A DNA stretch of 32,000 nt from Diaphorobacter ruginosibacter. Lineage in GTDB: Bacteria; Pseudomonadota; Gammaproteobacteria; Burkholderiales; Burkholderiaceae_C. Under the pieces are notes generated by a model. The model was not told where the DNA came from and ran no database searches. It was given only the letters and a program-made list of their open reading frames with translations. Shown piece after piece: positions 1 through 11,873 of the stretch (position 1 is its first letter; every line of letters starts with the position of its first letter). Made by a program: the position numbers and the translations under genes. The DNA lies in assembly GCF_014395975.1 (NCBI RefSeq), contig NZ_CP060714.1, positions 1 through 32,000 of the forward strand. The letters run 5' to 3'.

Positions 1-1
1 C

Positions 2-2596
<2,595 letters not shown>

Positions 2597-2729
2597 ATAC
2601 AACTTAAATGCTGTAAATTCTTAATACAAATCAAAAGGTGTATTTTTAAAATACATAAGTTGGTTTGTAATTCGTGTTTACAGCATATAGTGTGTATTCC
2701 GAATTCCCTGGATCCCCCAAGGAGTGAGC
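2597..2729 (+). promoter_or_regulatory. AT-rich hipBA upstream region with candidate operators
   Basis: 17-bp palindrome TGTATTTT-t-AAAATACA at 2639..2655. 10-bp inverted repeat ATGCTGTAAA (2608..2617) / TTTACAGCAT (2677..2686). AAGGAG ribosome-binding site at 2719..2724, 5 nt before the ATG at 2730. Confidence 0.4.
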
Positions 2730-3011
2730 ATGGACGAGTTCACTGTACGCACCACGGAGCAACTGCCGCAGTTGCTCAAGGCCTTCCGCAAGAACGCCAA
2801 GCTGACGCAGGCGGATGTGGCGCTGCGCCTTGGCGTGACGCAGCAGACGGTCTCCGCAATGGAGCGCAATGCCGAAACCGTGAGCGCGGAGCGCCTCATG
2901 AAGCTGATGGGTATTCTGGGCGTGGACTTGGTGTTGCGCGCCCGAACAAGCCAAGCGGCCCCACTCGCGCAACCGGGCCACATGGTCAATGAGTCGCGTC
3001 CCCGCTGGTAG
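2730..3011 (+). CDS. hipB: XRE-family HTH antitoxin, HipB-like
   Basis: Small HTH protein (KLTQADVALRLGVTQQTVSAMERN) directly upstream of a HipA kinase. I took the ATG at 2730 with a good SD rather than the GTG at 2724. Confidence 0.85.
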   Translation: MDEFTVRTTEQLPQLLKAFRKNAKLTQADVALRLGVTQQTVSAMERNAETVSAERLMKLMGILGVDLVLRARTSQAAPLAQPGHMVNESRPRW

Positions 3012-3027
3012 AGGGGAGAACTGCACC

Positions 3028-4389
3028 ATGGCCAACACACGCATGCATGGCCGGGGCAAAAAGGCGCTCGGCCTGTGGATGAACGGTCGGTTTGTCGGCA
3101 CCTGGAGCATAGAGGCCGGCGGCGACGTGTTGCAGTACGACGCCGAATGGGTGAATGACCCGGTCTTGCGCAGACCGTTGTCACTTTCGCTGCCCTTCAC
3201 GCCTGGCAACCGTCCACACAAGGGCGACGCGGTACGGTTCTATTTTCAGAATCTGCTGCCGGACAACGAGTACATCCTGGAACGTATCGCTCGCCGCTAC
3301 AGGGTGCGTTCCATCGACGCCTATTCGCTGCTGAGCGAGATTGGGCGCGACTGCGTGGGTGCCCTGCAGATCTTGCCAGCAGGCGACATGCCGCCCGAGG
3401 AACAGGGCGTGCACCGCGAGGCCCTGGACGAAGCCGAAATGGCCCGCCTCATCCGCGCGACGATCGACCCCGGGTTGTTTGGAGACAGCGCCCGCGACGA
3501 TGAAAAGTTTCGGATCTCGATTGCCGGCGCGCAGGAGAAAACCGCGTTCCTGCGCTGGCAGGGTCAATGGTGCAGGCCGCTTGGAGCCACGCCGACGACG
3601 CATATCTTCAAGCTGCCGCTGGGCCTGATCGGCAACATGCAATTCGACATGCGGCATTCGGTGGAAAACGAATGGCTGTGTTCCGAACTGCTGGCCGCGT
3701 ATGGACTGCCGGTGGCGCGCTGCGAAGTGCTGCAATTCGAAGACCAGAAGGTCCTATCTGTGGAGCGCTTTGACAGGCGCGTGTGGAACGACAGCGAACT
3801 GCTCAGACTGCCGCAGGAGGACATGTGCCAAGCCATGGGCATGCCACCCATCCTCAAATACGAAAGCGACGGCGGTCCCGGCGTGGATCGCATCATGGCG
3901 CTGCTGGACGGCTCCATGAATCGGGACCAGGACCGTCTCCAGTTCTTCACGGCCCAACTGCTGTTCTGGATGCTCTGTGCAACGGATGGCCACGCCAAGA
4001 ATTTCAGCATCTTCCTGAGACCCGAGGGCCGGTTTGAGCTCACGCCACTCTATGACGTGCTCTCGGCCTACCCGATTCTTGGGGCAGGTCCGGGAAAGCT
4101 CTCTCCACACAAGGCCCGAATGGCCATGGCCGCGCGCTCCAAGAATGCCCACTGGCACATGAACAAGATCGTGCGTCGGCATTGGGTGGCGGTGGGGGAG
4201 CGATATGGCATCGTTTCCCGGCAGGGCATGCCGGTGGATGCAGTGATCGATGAGATCGTGGAAATGACGCCCACCGTCGTGCAACGGGTGCGTGGCAAGC
4301 TGCCGGAGGGGTTTCCTCAGGAGGTCGCGGAGGCAATATTCAACGGGTTGTTGGAGGCGGCAAGGCGCCTGGGACGAAGCCGCGACTGA
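3028..4389 (+). CDS. hipA: Type II toxin HipA-family Ser/Thr kinase
   Basis: N-terminal HipA coupling domain (GTWS...LQYDAEW, ISIAGAQEKTAF). Catalytic loop TDGHAKNFSIF and downstream TPLYDVLSAYP. The ATG at 3028 follows a GAGGGGAG SD and lies 17 nt after the hipB stop. Confidence 0.9.
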   Translation: MANTRMHGRGKKALGLWMNGRFVGTWSIEAGGDVLQYDAEWVNDPVLRRPLSLSLPFTPGNRPHKGDAVRFYFQNLLPDNEYILERIARRYRVRSIDAYSLLSEIGRDCVGALQILPAGDMPPEEQGVHREALDEAEMARLIRATIDPGLFGDSARDDEKFRISIAGAQEKTAFLRWQGQWCRPLGATPTTHIFKLPLGLIGNMQFDMRHSVENEWLCSELLAAYGLPVARCEVLQFEDQKVLSVERFDRRVWNDSELLRLPQEDMCQAMGMPPILKYESDGGPGVDRIMALLDGSMNRDQDRLQFFTAQLLFWMLCATDGHAKNFSIFLRPEGRFELTPLYDVLSAYPILGAGPGKLSPHKARMAMAARSKNAHWHMNKIVRRHWVAVGERYGIVSRQGMPVDAVIDEIVEMTPTVVQRVRGKLPEGFPQEVAEAIFNGLLEAARRLGRSRD

Positions 4390-4480
4390 AGATCGACGAA
4401 AACCAAAAGTTGCAGCCGTGGATAACCGCCAAACATCATCCCAAAGCCGCAGCCCATCAGGTCACTCGAAGAAAAAAGAA

Positions 4481-4512
4481 AAGGGAGCCGAGTCCCGGAC
4501 TCCAGCTCCCTT
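4481..4512. terminator. Hairpin between convergent hipA and the GDPD gene
   Basis: AAGGGAGC-C-GAGTCC-c-GGACTC-CA-GCTCCCTT, an imperfect extended stem, preceded by an A-run. Possibly a bidirectional terminator. Confidence 0.45.
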
Positions 4513-4583
4513 GCAGGAATGAATGAGGACGGATGCTGAATCAGCAAGCTGACGGCTGACTGATTCTCCGCCCGCAGAAACGC

Positions 4584-5981
4584 TTACTTCACCCCGATTT
4601 CCTTGTCATACGCTGCGCGCGCCTGCACGCCCGTGTTGGCGAAGTCGGTGAACACGCCGTCGATGCCCAGGCGGAAGTAGGCCAGGAACTCGGCGACGGG
4701 GTCGCCCTTGTAGATGCCTGCGAGGCGGCCGGGTTCGTTGCGGAAGGTGAAGCTGTGTACCACCAGGCCGGCCTTGTGGGCGTTGGCGATGACGCCGGTG
4801 TCCTTGAGGGTGTTCACGTCCTTCAGGCCCGCGCCCTCCTTGTAGGGCACGACGGAGTGGGCGAGCAGTTCCGGCTTCCAGGGGCCGATGCCGTCGGCGT
4901 AGGTCTTGATTTCCGCGAGGCCTGCAGGCTTCAGCATTTCCGCGAAGGTGCGCGCGTCGCCGGCCAGGGTCCAGCTGTAGGGACGGCCGCTGATGAAGGT
5001 CCATTCATCGTTCGTGATGAAGACCATCGAGCCGTCCTTGTAGTTGATGTCGTTGCCGTCGATCAACTGGACGCCCTTGGCCTTCATGCCGGCCTTGCGC
5101 AGGTACTTGAGGCTGGCGGGGTCGAAGCTCTGGATGTAGATGGGCGCATCCTTGCTGTTGAGCTTGTTCTTCTCGAGCAGCGCGATCACCGCGTCTTCCA
5201 GGGGCGAGCTGCCGGGCTTGCCGCAGCCGTTGGCGATGGCCTGCTGGTTGTTCCAGTAGGGGTTCTTGGTTTCGGCATAGACCGGGATGGTGCGCTTTTG
5301 CTCCTTGCCCTTGGCGACCGCGATGTCGATCACGTCCTGCGCGCTGATGATGGGCAGCTTGCCGTTCCATTCGGTGGGGCGCTCGCTGGCGTTGTCGAGA
5401 ACCTTGCCGGCAATCCAGTCGCGCAGCTCCTGCATGGTGAAGTCGCTGATCGACCAGTCGTTGATGTGGTTCTCGCCATCGACGACGAGCGGCTTGAGCA
5501 CGGCCTTGGGGTCGTTCGGGTCGATCTGGTCGGACAGGTACTGTGCCGGGCCGTTGGCGGCGATGGCGGGGTACTTCACGTCCACCAGAACGCCGGGTGT
5601 CGTGCGCTTACGGCCGGCCACGACGGCATTGGTCTTGGCAACTTCCTCGACGTTGGTGTTGTCGCCCAGCCATGCGTTGTGGCGTGCAACGAGCTGGCAG
5701 TCGCGCGTGAGGTGCATGTCGAGCTCGAGCATGTCGGCTCCCGCATCGGCGGCCTTTTCGTAGGCCATGCGGGTCTGCTCGGGGTAGTAGCCCGAGAGGC
5801 CGCGGTGCGCAATGATCTGGGGCGGCGTGCCATCCAGCGTGAGGTACTTGGAGGAGTCGTCATCATCCCCGCCACCGCATGCGCTCAGCGCGGCGGCTGC
5901 CAGGATGGAGACCGCGATCAGGGCCGGTGCGGGCAGGCGACGGGCAAGGCGGCGCGAGGAGAGGCGAAGGGAAGAGGACAT
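4584..5981 (-). CDS. Glycerophosphodiester phosphodiesterase family lipoprotein
   Basis: Lipobox signal (LAAAALSACGGG). GDPD motifs IIAHRGLSGYYPEQT and GADMLELDMHLTRDCQLVARHN. I took the start at the MSSSLRL methionine; the longer ORF-track start adds a non-signal leader. Confidence 0.85.
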   Translation of the reverse strand: MSSSLRLSSRRLARRLPAPALIAVSILAAAALSACGGGDDDDSSKYLTLDGTPPQIIAHRGLSGYYPEQTRMAYEKAADAGADMLELDMHLTRDCQLVARHNAWLGDNTNVEEVAKTNAVVAGRKRTTPGVLVDVKYPAIAANGPAQYLSDQIDPNDPKAVLKPLVVDGENHINDWSISDFTMQELRDWIAGKVLDNASERPTEWNGKLPIISAQDVIDIAVAKGKEQKRTIPVYAETKNPYWNNQQAIANGCGKPGSSPLEDAVIALLEKNKLNSKDAPIYIQSFDPASLKYLRKAGMKAKGVQLIDGNDINYKDGSMVFITNDEWTFISGRPYSWTLAGDARTFAEMLKPAGLAEIKTYADGIGPWKPELLAHSVVPYKEGAGLKDVNTLKDTGVIANAHKAGLVVHSFTFRNEPGRLAGIYKGDPVAEFLAYFRLGIDGVFTDFANTGVQARAAYDKEIGVK

Positions 5982-6270
5982 GGATGGTTCGGCTGAGTGG
6001 TGGTTGATTTTGTGAAGGCCGACCGTTTCATGGAAAAACAGGCGGCATCGGCCGGCTGCCCGCAATGCTCTTTCGCGCATGTGACGGCTGTGTGACTGTT
6101 GCGTGATGGCCGTGCGACGGTTGCGTGTCGATCACCGCGAGCGCTGTGCAGTGTTGCACAGTGCGGAGCCGGATGGGATGTGGAATGCACCGGGCGTCGG
6201 CGCGCAGCAACACCGGGGCTGGATGGAACCACCCAGCCGCCCGGTCCGGGTGTGGTTCTGCCGCCGGGTC

Positions 6271-6831
6271 TCAGCGCAGCAGGGGCTGGACGGCGCCGTC
6301 CAGTTCCGCACGCAGCCGGGTTCCCTGCTCGATCTTGCCGACCACCTTGCCGCTGTCGTCCAGGATGATGGCCGTGGGAACGACCTGGATCTTCCCGAAG
6401 CTGCCGAAATCGAAATTGCGCATCTTTTCCTGGCCTGGCGCGGGCAGGGAACGCATGGCGATCGGCAGTCCCAGCTGTTGCGATTCCACGAGCTTCTTGC
6501 CGCGGAACTTGAACGGATCGTCCAGGTCGACGAACAGGACCTGCAGGCCCCGGCCCTTGTACCTGGAGAACGCATCGAGCACGGCGGGACGGCCGTTGGC
6601 GACGCACGGTGCGCACCAGTCGGCGCCGAAGTAGATCACCAGCGGCTTGCCCGCGTAGTCCGAGAGCCGGACGGGCTGGCCCGTCACCAGTTCCAGCTGC
6701 TCCATGGTGTTGGGCTTCTCGCCGATTTCCGGCTGCCAGGCGTGGGCCGTGCCGGAGGCGATCCAGCAGACGACGAACACCAGCAGTCCCAGGTAGACAT
6801 GCACCGGCTGCGGCTTGCGTTTCCTTCGCAT
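6271..6831 (-). CDS. TlpA/ResA-like membrane-anchored thioredoxin-fold thiol:disulfide oxidoreductase
   Basis: N-terminal anchor (VYLGLLVFVVCWIASG) and WCAPC active-site motif. The start at MRRKRK is preceded by a GGAGG SD. Confidence 0.75.
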   Translation of the reverse strand: MRRKRKPQPVHVYLGLLVFVVCWIASGTAHAWQPEIGEKPNTMEQLELVTGQPVRLSDYAGKPLVIYFGADWCAPCVANGRPAVLDAFSRYKGRGLQVLFVDLDDPFKFRGKKLVESQQLGLPIAMRSLPAPGQEKMRNFDFGSFGKIQVVPTAIILDDSGKVVGKIEQGTRLRAELDGAVQPLLR

Positions 6832-6975
6832 GATGGCCTCCTCTCGCGTCGGGGAGAAACGAGTGTAGGCATGCCACCGGGGGCGCGGCAACGACTGGAT
6901 CGAAGCATTGCCGCGGTAACAAAAAGTGCTACCGTGTTCTGGGGATGTGCGGATATACAGCAGGAGCCGGCGGGC

Positions 6976-7004
6976 AGGAAAGGAAAAGGAGCACGAGGCT
7001 CCTT
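6976..7004 (-). terminator. Putative rho-independent terminator after the trpB-like gene
   Basis: On the minus strand, AAGGAGC-ctcgt-GCTCCTT is followed by TTCCTTTCCT. Confidence 0.45.
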
Positions 7005-7059
7005 GTTCAGCGCGTGTCCGGGCTCAGATTCGGGCCCAGATGCCGACGCCTATGCCGAC

Positions 7060-8268
7060 TCAGATGCCGAGCCTCTTCGCCACGTAGTCCGCGTCCTTGT
7101 CGCCGCGTCCCGAGAGATTGACCAGGATGTTCGTGTCCTTGCCGAGCGTGGGCGCCATGCGCATGGCCCAGGCCACGGCGTGGGAGCTTTCCAGGGCGGG
7201 GATGATGCCCTCCACGCGCGAGAGGGTCATGAAGGCATTCAGGCATTCGGCGTCGTCCACCGCCTCGTACTGCACGCGGCCGATGTCCTTCAGGTAGCTG
7301 TGCTGCGGGCCCACGCCAGGATAGTCCAGGCCCGAGGCGATCGAGTGCACGGCCGCGGGCGTGCCGTCGGCGTTCTCGAGCACGTAGCACTTCATGCCGT
7401 GGATCTCGCCGGGCTTGCCGACCGACAGTGTCGCCGCATGCTTGCCCGGCTTGTCGATGCCCTCGCCAGCGGGCTCCACGCCCACGAGCTTCACGCCTTC
7501 ATCGTCCAGGAAGGCGGTGAAGATGCCCATGGCATTGGATCCGCCGCCCACGCAGGCGCTCACATAGTCCGGCAGCTTGCCGTGCTTCTTCTGGAACTGC
7601 TCACGTGCTTCGCGGCCGACGATGGACTGGAAGTCGCGCACCATCTTCGGGAAGGGATGCGGGCCGACCACGGAACCGATGGCGTAGATGGTGTTGACGG
7701 GGTCCTTCAGATATTCCTCGAACGCGCTGTCCACGGCATCCTTCAGGGTGGCCTGGCCGCGCGTGACCGCCACCAGGTTGCAGCCGAGGATGCGCATCTT
7801 GGTGACGTTGGGATGTTCCTTCTCGATGTCGACCTGGCCCATGTGGATCTCGCACGGAATGCCCACCAGCGCGCAGGCCGTCGCGAGCGCCACGCCATGC
7901 TGGCCCGCACCGGTTTCGGCGATCACCTTGGTCTTGCCCATGAACTTGGCGAGCAGCGCCTCGCCCAGGCAGTGGTTGATCTTGTGCGCGCCGGTGTGGT
8001 TCAGGTCCTCGCGCTTCAGGTGGATCTGCGCCCCGCCGAGCTGCTGCGACAGCCGCCTGGCGTGGAAGATGGGGCTGGGACGGCCCACATAGTCGGCGAA
8101 CAGCTGTGCGAGCTCGTCCTGGAAATCCTGGCGCTGCACGATCTTGTCGTAGGCCGCTGCAATGTCATCCATCGCCTGCTTGAGGTGCGGCGGAACGAGC
8201 TGGCCGCCGTAGGGGCCGAAAAAGCCGTTGGCGTCGGGCATCAGGGAAGCGTCGAGCTGACGTGTCAT
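7060..8268 (-). CDS. trpB: Tryptophan synthase beta-chain family PLP enzyme (orphan copy, no trpA adjacent)
   Basis: [12 protein letters not shown]-lysine motif, [16 protein letters not shown] and SGRGDKD. Start taken at MTRQLD (CAT at 8266..8268). Confidence 0.9.
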   Translation of the reverse strand: MTRQLDASLMPDANGFFGPYGGQLVPPHLKQAMDDIAAAYDKIVQRQDFQDELAQLFADYVGRPSPIFHARRLSQQLGGAQIHLKREDLNHTGAHKINHCLGEALLAKFMGKTKVIAETGAGQHGVALATACALVGIPCEIHMGQVDIEKEHPNVTKMRILGCNLVAVTRGQATLKDAVDSAFEEYLKDPVNTIYAIGSVVGPHPFPKMVRDFQSIVGREAREQFQKKHGKLPDYVSACVGGGSNAMGIFTAFLDDEGVKLVGVEPAGEGIDKPGKHAATLSVGKPGEIHGMKCYVLENADGTPAAVHSIASGLDYPGVGPQHSYLKDIGRVQYEAVDDAECLNAFMTLSRVEGIIPALESSHAVAWAMRMAPTLGKDTNILVNLSGRGDKDADYVAKRLGI

Positions 8269-8396
8269 TGCGTTTGTCTCCGGAAACAGGAATGGAATGA
8301 AAAAGGGTTCAGATGGCATGCACCCCCCGTTCATACCATAGCGCCGGGCCGTCAACTGCGGGCGCGGCCCCGTTGCGGGTGGCGGCCGTACCGCGC

Positions 8397-9098
8397 TCAG
8401 CCGCCCATGCGGCCGACCGGTGCGAGCGCGGCCCGCAGCCGGTCCGCTGCCTGCGCCTCTCCGGGGGCCTCGGGCTCGAATTCCAGCGAGCGCTCCACCG
8501 TGCCGATGTGCTCGATCAGCAGCTGCTTGGCGGTTTCGGTGTCCCCGTCCTCCAGGGCCTGCACGATGCCCTCGTGCTCGGCGCACGACTGGCTTGCGCT
8601 GTGCGTGGATTGGTACAGCGTCGCGGCCAGCGTGGTGCGCGCCGTCAGGTCGCGCAGCGTGTCGGCCAGCAGCTTGTGGCCCATCTGCTCGGCCAGGCAG
8701 ACGTGGAAATCCGCCAGCAGGAAGGCGCGCGTGGCGGCGTCGGCCTCCTCGATGGCGTCCTTCTCGTGGGCGATGTGCTTTCGCAGGTTGCCGATCACCT
8801 TCTGCAGCGGCTTGCCCGCCTCCTGCAGGATGCCGGCCTCGATGATGCGGCGCGCCGAGAACGCATCGCGTGCCTCATCGGCGGAAGGCTGCACGATGAA
8901 CCAGCCCTTGCGGGGCTGGACCTGCACGAAGCCCCGCGCCTGCAACTGCACCATGGCCTCACGCACCACGGTACGGCTGACGGCGAAATTGTCCGCCAGC
9001 TCCTGCTCGCCCAGCCGGTCGCCCGGCGCGAGCTTCTGCGCCAGCACGGCTTCCACGATGCGTTCGGCGATATGGAGGGGAGAGGCGGGTGTCGTCAT
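8397..9098 (-). CDS. GntR-family transcriptional regulator with FCD-type C-terminal domain
   Basis: Winged-HTH segment [30 protein letters not shown], followed by a helical effector domain. Confidence 0.85.
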   Translation of the reverse strand: MTTPASPLHIAERIVEAVLAQKLAPGDRLGEQELADNFAVSRTVVREAMVQLQARGFVQVQPRKGWFIVQPSADEARDAFSARRIIEAGILQEAGKPLQKVIGNLRKHIAHEKDAIEEADAATRAFLLADFHVCLAEQMGHKLLADTLRDLTARTTLAATLYQSTHSASQSCAEHEGIVQALEDGDTETAKQLLIEHIGTVERSLEFEPEAPGEAQAADRLRAALAPVGRMGG

Positions 9099-9119
9099 GG
9101 CAGGTGGGCTGGGATCGTC

Positions 9120-10433
9120 TCAGTGATTCATGGCGACTGTACCGGTTTCCGCGAGCGTTTCTTCCACGGGTGGCATCCGGCCGTCGAGCACCGCGTGCGC
9201 GCGCTCCCGGTCGATATCACCTTCCCAGGCGGCCACGGCGACGGTGGCCACGCAGTTGCCGATCAGGTTGCCCAGGGCGCGTGCGATGCCGATGAACCAG
9301 TCGATGGACAGCACCAGTACCAGGCCGATCGTGGGGATGGCGGGAATCGCATGCAGCGTGGCGGCCAGCACCACGATGGCGGAGCCCGGCACGCCGTGCG
9401 CGCCCTTGGAGGTGACCAGCGAGATCGCCAGGATCGTCAGCAGGTCGGTCATCGTGATCGGTGTGTTGGTGGCCTGTGCGATGAACACGGCCGCCAGCGT
9501 GATGTAGATGGAGAACGCATCCAGGTTGAAGGAGTAACCGGTGGGAATCACCAGGCCGACCGTCGAATCGCGGATGCCCATGTTGCGCAGCTTGCTCATG
9601 ATCTGCGGCAGCACGCTGTCGGACGAGGTGGTCGCGAACACCACCATCAGCTCCTCGCGCAGGTAGCGCAGCAGCTTGATGAGACTGAAGCCCGAGACGC
9701 GCATCACGAAGCCCAGCACCACGAACACGAAGATCGCCACGGCGGCGTAGAACAGCAGCACCAGCATGCCGAGCTGCTTGAGCGATCCGATGCCGTACTT
9801 GCCCACGGTGAAGGCGATCGCACCCAGGACACCGAGCGGTGCGAGCTTGATGATGATGCCCATGATCTTGAACAGCACCAGCGAAGTGGCATCCACCACG
9901 GCGGCAACGGGTTTGCCGCGCTCACCGAGCATGGACAGCGCACAGCCGAACAGCACCGCGAACAGCAGCACCTGGAGCACGTCGCCGGTGGCGAACGCCT
10001 GCACCACGGTGTTGGGGATCAGCTTCATGAGAAAGTCGACGAAACCTCCGGACGTGAGCTTGTCGGCATTGCTCGCGTAGGTGCTCATGGCAGAGGCGTC
10101 GAGCGTCTTCACGTCGACGTTCATGCCGTGTCCCGGCTGGAAGACGAATGCCAGCACCAGGCCCATGACCAGCGCGATCGTGGTGAGCACTTCGAAATAC
10201 ACCAGCGCCTTCACGCCCACGCGTCCCACGCGCTTGAGGTCGCCCGCGCCCGCGATGCCGTGCACCACCACGCAGAACACCAGCACGGGAATGATCATCT
10301 TGATCAGCTTGATGAAGCCATCGCCCAGCGGCTTGAGCTTGACGGCGAAATCGGGCGAGAACAGCCCGACGAGAATCCCGATGGCCAGTGCGATCAGCAC
10401 CTGCCCGAAAAGTGATTTGGCAAAACGTCCCAT
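9120..10433 (-). CDS. dctA: Dicarboxylate/amino acid:cation symporter (DctA-type C4-dicarboxylate transporter)
   Basis: Typical DAACS sequence (FIKLIKMIIPVLVFCVVVHGIAG, SSDSVLP, TSKGAHGVPGSAIVVLAATL). Start at MGRFAKSLF (CAT at 10431..10433). Confidence 0.9.
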   Translation of the reverse strand: MGRFAKSLFGQVLIALAIGILVGLFSPDFAVKLKPLGDGFIKLIKMIIPVLVFCVVVHGIAGAGDLKRVGRVGVKALVYFEVLTTIALVMGLVLAFVFQPGHGMNVDVKTLDASAMSTYASNADKLTSGGFVDFLMKLIPNTVVQAFATGDVLQVLLFAVLFGCALSMLGERGKPVAAVVDATSLVLFKIMGIIIKLAPLGVLGAIAFTVGKYGIGSLKQLGMLVLLFYAAVAIFVFVVLGFVMRVSGFSLIKLLRYLREELMVVFATTSSDSVLPQIMSKLRNMGIRDSTVGLVIPTGYSFNLDAFSIYITLAAVFIAQATNTPITMTDLLTILAISLVTSKGAHGVPGSAIVVLAATLHAIPAIPTIGLVLVLSIDWFIGIARALGNLIGNCVATVAVAAWEGDIDRERAHAVLDGRMPPVEETLAETGTVAMNH

Positions 10434-10464
10434 GTTGCGCCTCTTTCCTGCTGTGGTTTGGAAT

Positions 10465-10511
10465 CTTGTATGCAAGCACGACTTGTCTTGAATACAAGAA
10501 TGTAGACAAGC
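10465..10511. promoter_or_regulatory. Nested CTTGT/ACAAG inverted repeats upstream of dctA
   Basis: CTTGT at 10466 and 10482; ACAAG at 10494 and 10506. The inner pair is CTTGT-N7-ACAAG (10482..10498). The outer arms extend to TCTTGTAT/ATACAAGA and CTTGTCT/AGACAAG. This resembles the GT-N-AC type operators used by GntR-family regulators. Confidence 0.35.
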
Positions 10512-10630
10512 CAGAACCATGCCAACAGCGGGATTTCCTGTAAGGGCTAACCATGAGGATTGGTGGCGGCGTCACGGGCGGCCCAAAGCGGTGCGGGCGG
10601 GCACTGCCCCTGTGCGAGGGGCTGCACCAA

Positions 10631-10657
10631 TGAAAGCGGCCCGCATGGGCGGGCCGC
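10631..10657 (-). terminator. Rho-independent terminator at the end of the long minus-strand operon
   Basis: 9-bp GC stem GCGGCCCGC-N4-GCGGGCCGC (10636..10657), followed on the minus strand by TTTCA. It lies 19 nt after the stop at 10676. Confidence 0.55.
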
Positions 10658-10675
10658 AGGATGGGCATCGACGGA

Positions 10676-11308
10676 TTACTGTCCGTCAGCCGGAAAAACC
10701 GGCTCGCCCAGATTCAGCATCAGCCGGTTGGCCCAGGCAAAGATCGCGTCGGAGTGCAGCAGATCGAGGATCTCGCCCTCGTTCAGGCCCTGGGCCTTGA
10801 GCGCGCCGATGTCGCCGGCATCGAGCGCGGCGGGCTGCTCGGTGATCTTCACCGAGAACGCCCCGATGGCCTTCTCGCGTGGCGTGGTGCCGGCGGTGCG
10901 GGGCTCGTCGAACACCTGCTCGATCACGTCGGCGCGCTTGGCCAGCTGTTCGAAACGCTGGGCATGCACCGAGGCGCAGTACACGCAGCCGTTGATGCGC
11001 GAGACCACGGTGGCGCCCAGTTCGCGCTCCGCGCGCGAGAGGCCTCCCGGGGCGTACATGATGGCGTTGAACGCCGCCGAGCGCTGGCGCAGGATCTCGG
11101 GCTGGTGCACGAGGAACAGGTAGTAGTCGCTGGTCTTGGCCTTGGGATGGCTCTCCTCCAGCACCGCGACCTGGGCGGGCGTGGCATGGCCCAGGTCGAC
11201 CACCGGAAGCCACGCATCCCACTCGAGCGAGGCGTTGGTGAAACCGTGCGACTGGATCAGCCGGGCGGGGGTGAATGCGGCGGGCGTGGATGCTGTGGGC
11301 TTGTTCAT
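10676..11308 (-). CDS. Peroxidase-related CMD/AhpD-like domain protein
   Basis: Carboxymuconolactone-decarboxylase/AhpD-like core with the CVYCASVHA motif. Its start overlaps the upstream stop (ATGA). Confidence 0.8.
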   Translation of the reverse strand: MNKPTASTPAAFTPARLIQSHGFTNASLEWDAWLPVVDLGHATPAQVAVLEESHPKAKTSDYYLFLVHQPEILRQRSAAFNAIMYAPGGLSRAERELGATVVSRINGCVYCASVHAQRFEQLAKRADVIEQVFDEPRTAGTTPREKAIGAFSVKITEQPAALDAGDIGALKAQGLNEGEILDLLHSDAIFAWANRLMLNLGEPVFPADGQ

Positions 11309-11844
11309 GCGCGGGCCTCCTCTTCAGATGCCTTCATTGCCTTGAGACCGGCGACCAGGCGGACCTGGTACGACAGGAATGCGATCAGTTGCGACAGCGC
11401 CACCACGGCAGGCGTGCTGATGCCCGCGGCAGGCAGCGCCAGCAGCGCGGTCTTGTCGCCCTCCACGGGGTCCTCGACCAGCGTGCGGGTGAACTGCAGC
11501 ATGGCGGCCATGCGCGGATTGGTGAAGTCGCCGGGCTCGCCGCGATCGGCCATCTCGATGAGTGCTGCGTCGCAGCCCACGGCCAGCAGGCGCTCGCGGT
11601 AGTGCGTTGCCAGCTCGGTCGAGGGCGTGAGGCGGCACGCATAGAGCGCCACCAGCAGACGCTCGGTGAGCGAGATGTCGCCGTCGAGCGCATGGGAGAA
11701 AAGCGCCTCGTAGCTGCCTTGCGTCGCGGCGGCCACCTTCTCGCGCTGATGGCGCACCTCGTAGGTGCGCTGTCCCGGCCTCAGGCCGACGATGCGGTCG
11801 ACCAGATCGTCGGCCGCGCGGTATTCAGTCGCTTGTTCTGCCAT
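11305..11844 (-). CDS. CMD domain-containing protein (partner of the peroxidase-related protein)
   Basis: All-helical CMD-like sequence paired with the downstream CMD gene. Start at MAEQATEY, preceded by an AAGGAG SD. The 11877 start in the track is less likely. Confidence 0.7.
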   Translation of the reverse strand: MAEQATEYRAADDLVDRIVGLRPGQRTYEVRHQREKVAAATQGSYEALFSHALDGDISLTERLLVALYACRLTPSTELATHYRERLLAVGCDAALIEMADRGEPGDFTNPRMAAMLQFTRTLVEDPVEGDKTALLALPAAGISTPAVVALSQLIAFLSYQVRLVAGLKAMKASEEEARA

Positions 11845-11873
11845 GCAGATGCTCCTTGATGTGTCGTTGTCGT

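Noticed and set aside
4755-5996. Long plus-strand ORF opposite the GDPD gene. The same applies to 11856..13274, 13274..14788, 14950..15900, 15825..16907, 26341..27720 and 27787..28602
   Set aside because: Each lies opposite a gene with strong family motifs. All show the repetitive R/A/G/H/V composition typical of antisense frames in GC-rich DNA.
7036-7071. Three copies of ATGCCGA at 12-nt spacing across the trpB-like stop codon
   Set aside because: The repeat is short and partly coding (LGI-stop), with no further periodicity. It is most simply a small local duplication. Nothing suggests a binding-site array.
6103-9126. 1007-aa plus-strand ORF spanning several loci
   Set aside because: It runs antisense to well-supported minus-strand genes (TlpA-like, trpB-like, GntR). 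Its composition is Arg/Ala/Gly-rich and low in complexity, as expected for shadow ORFs in high-GC DNA.
8313-10415. 700-aa plus-strand ORF
   Set aside because: It is antisense to the GntR and dctA genes. It is rich in H/D/R/G and has no recognisable motifs, so I treat it as a shadow ORF.
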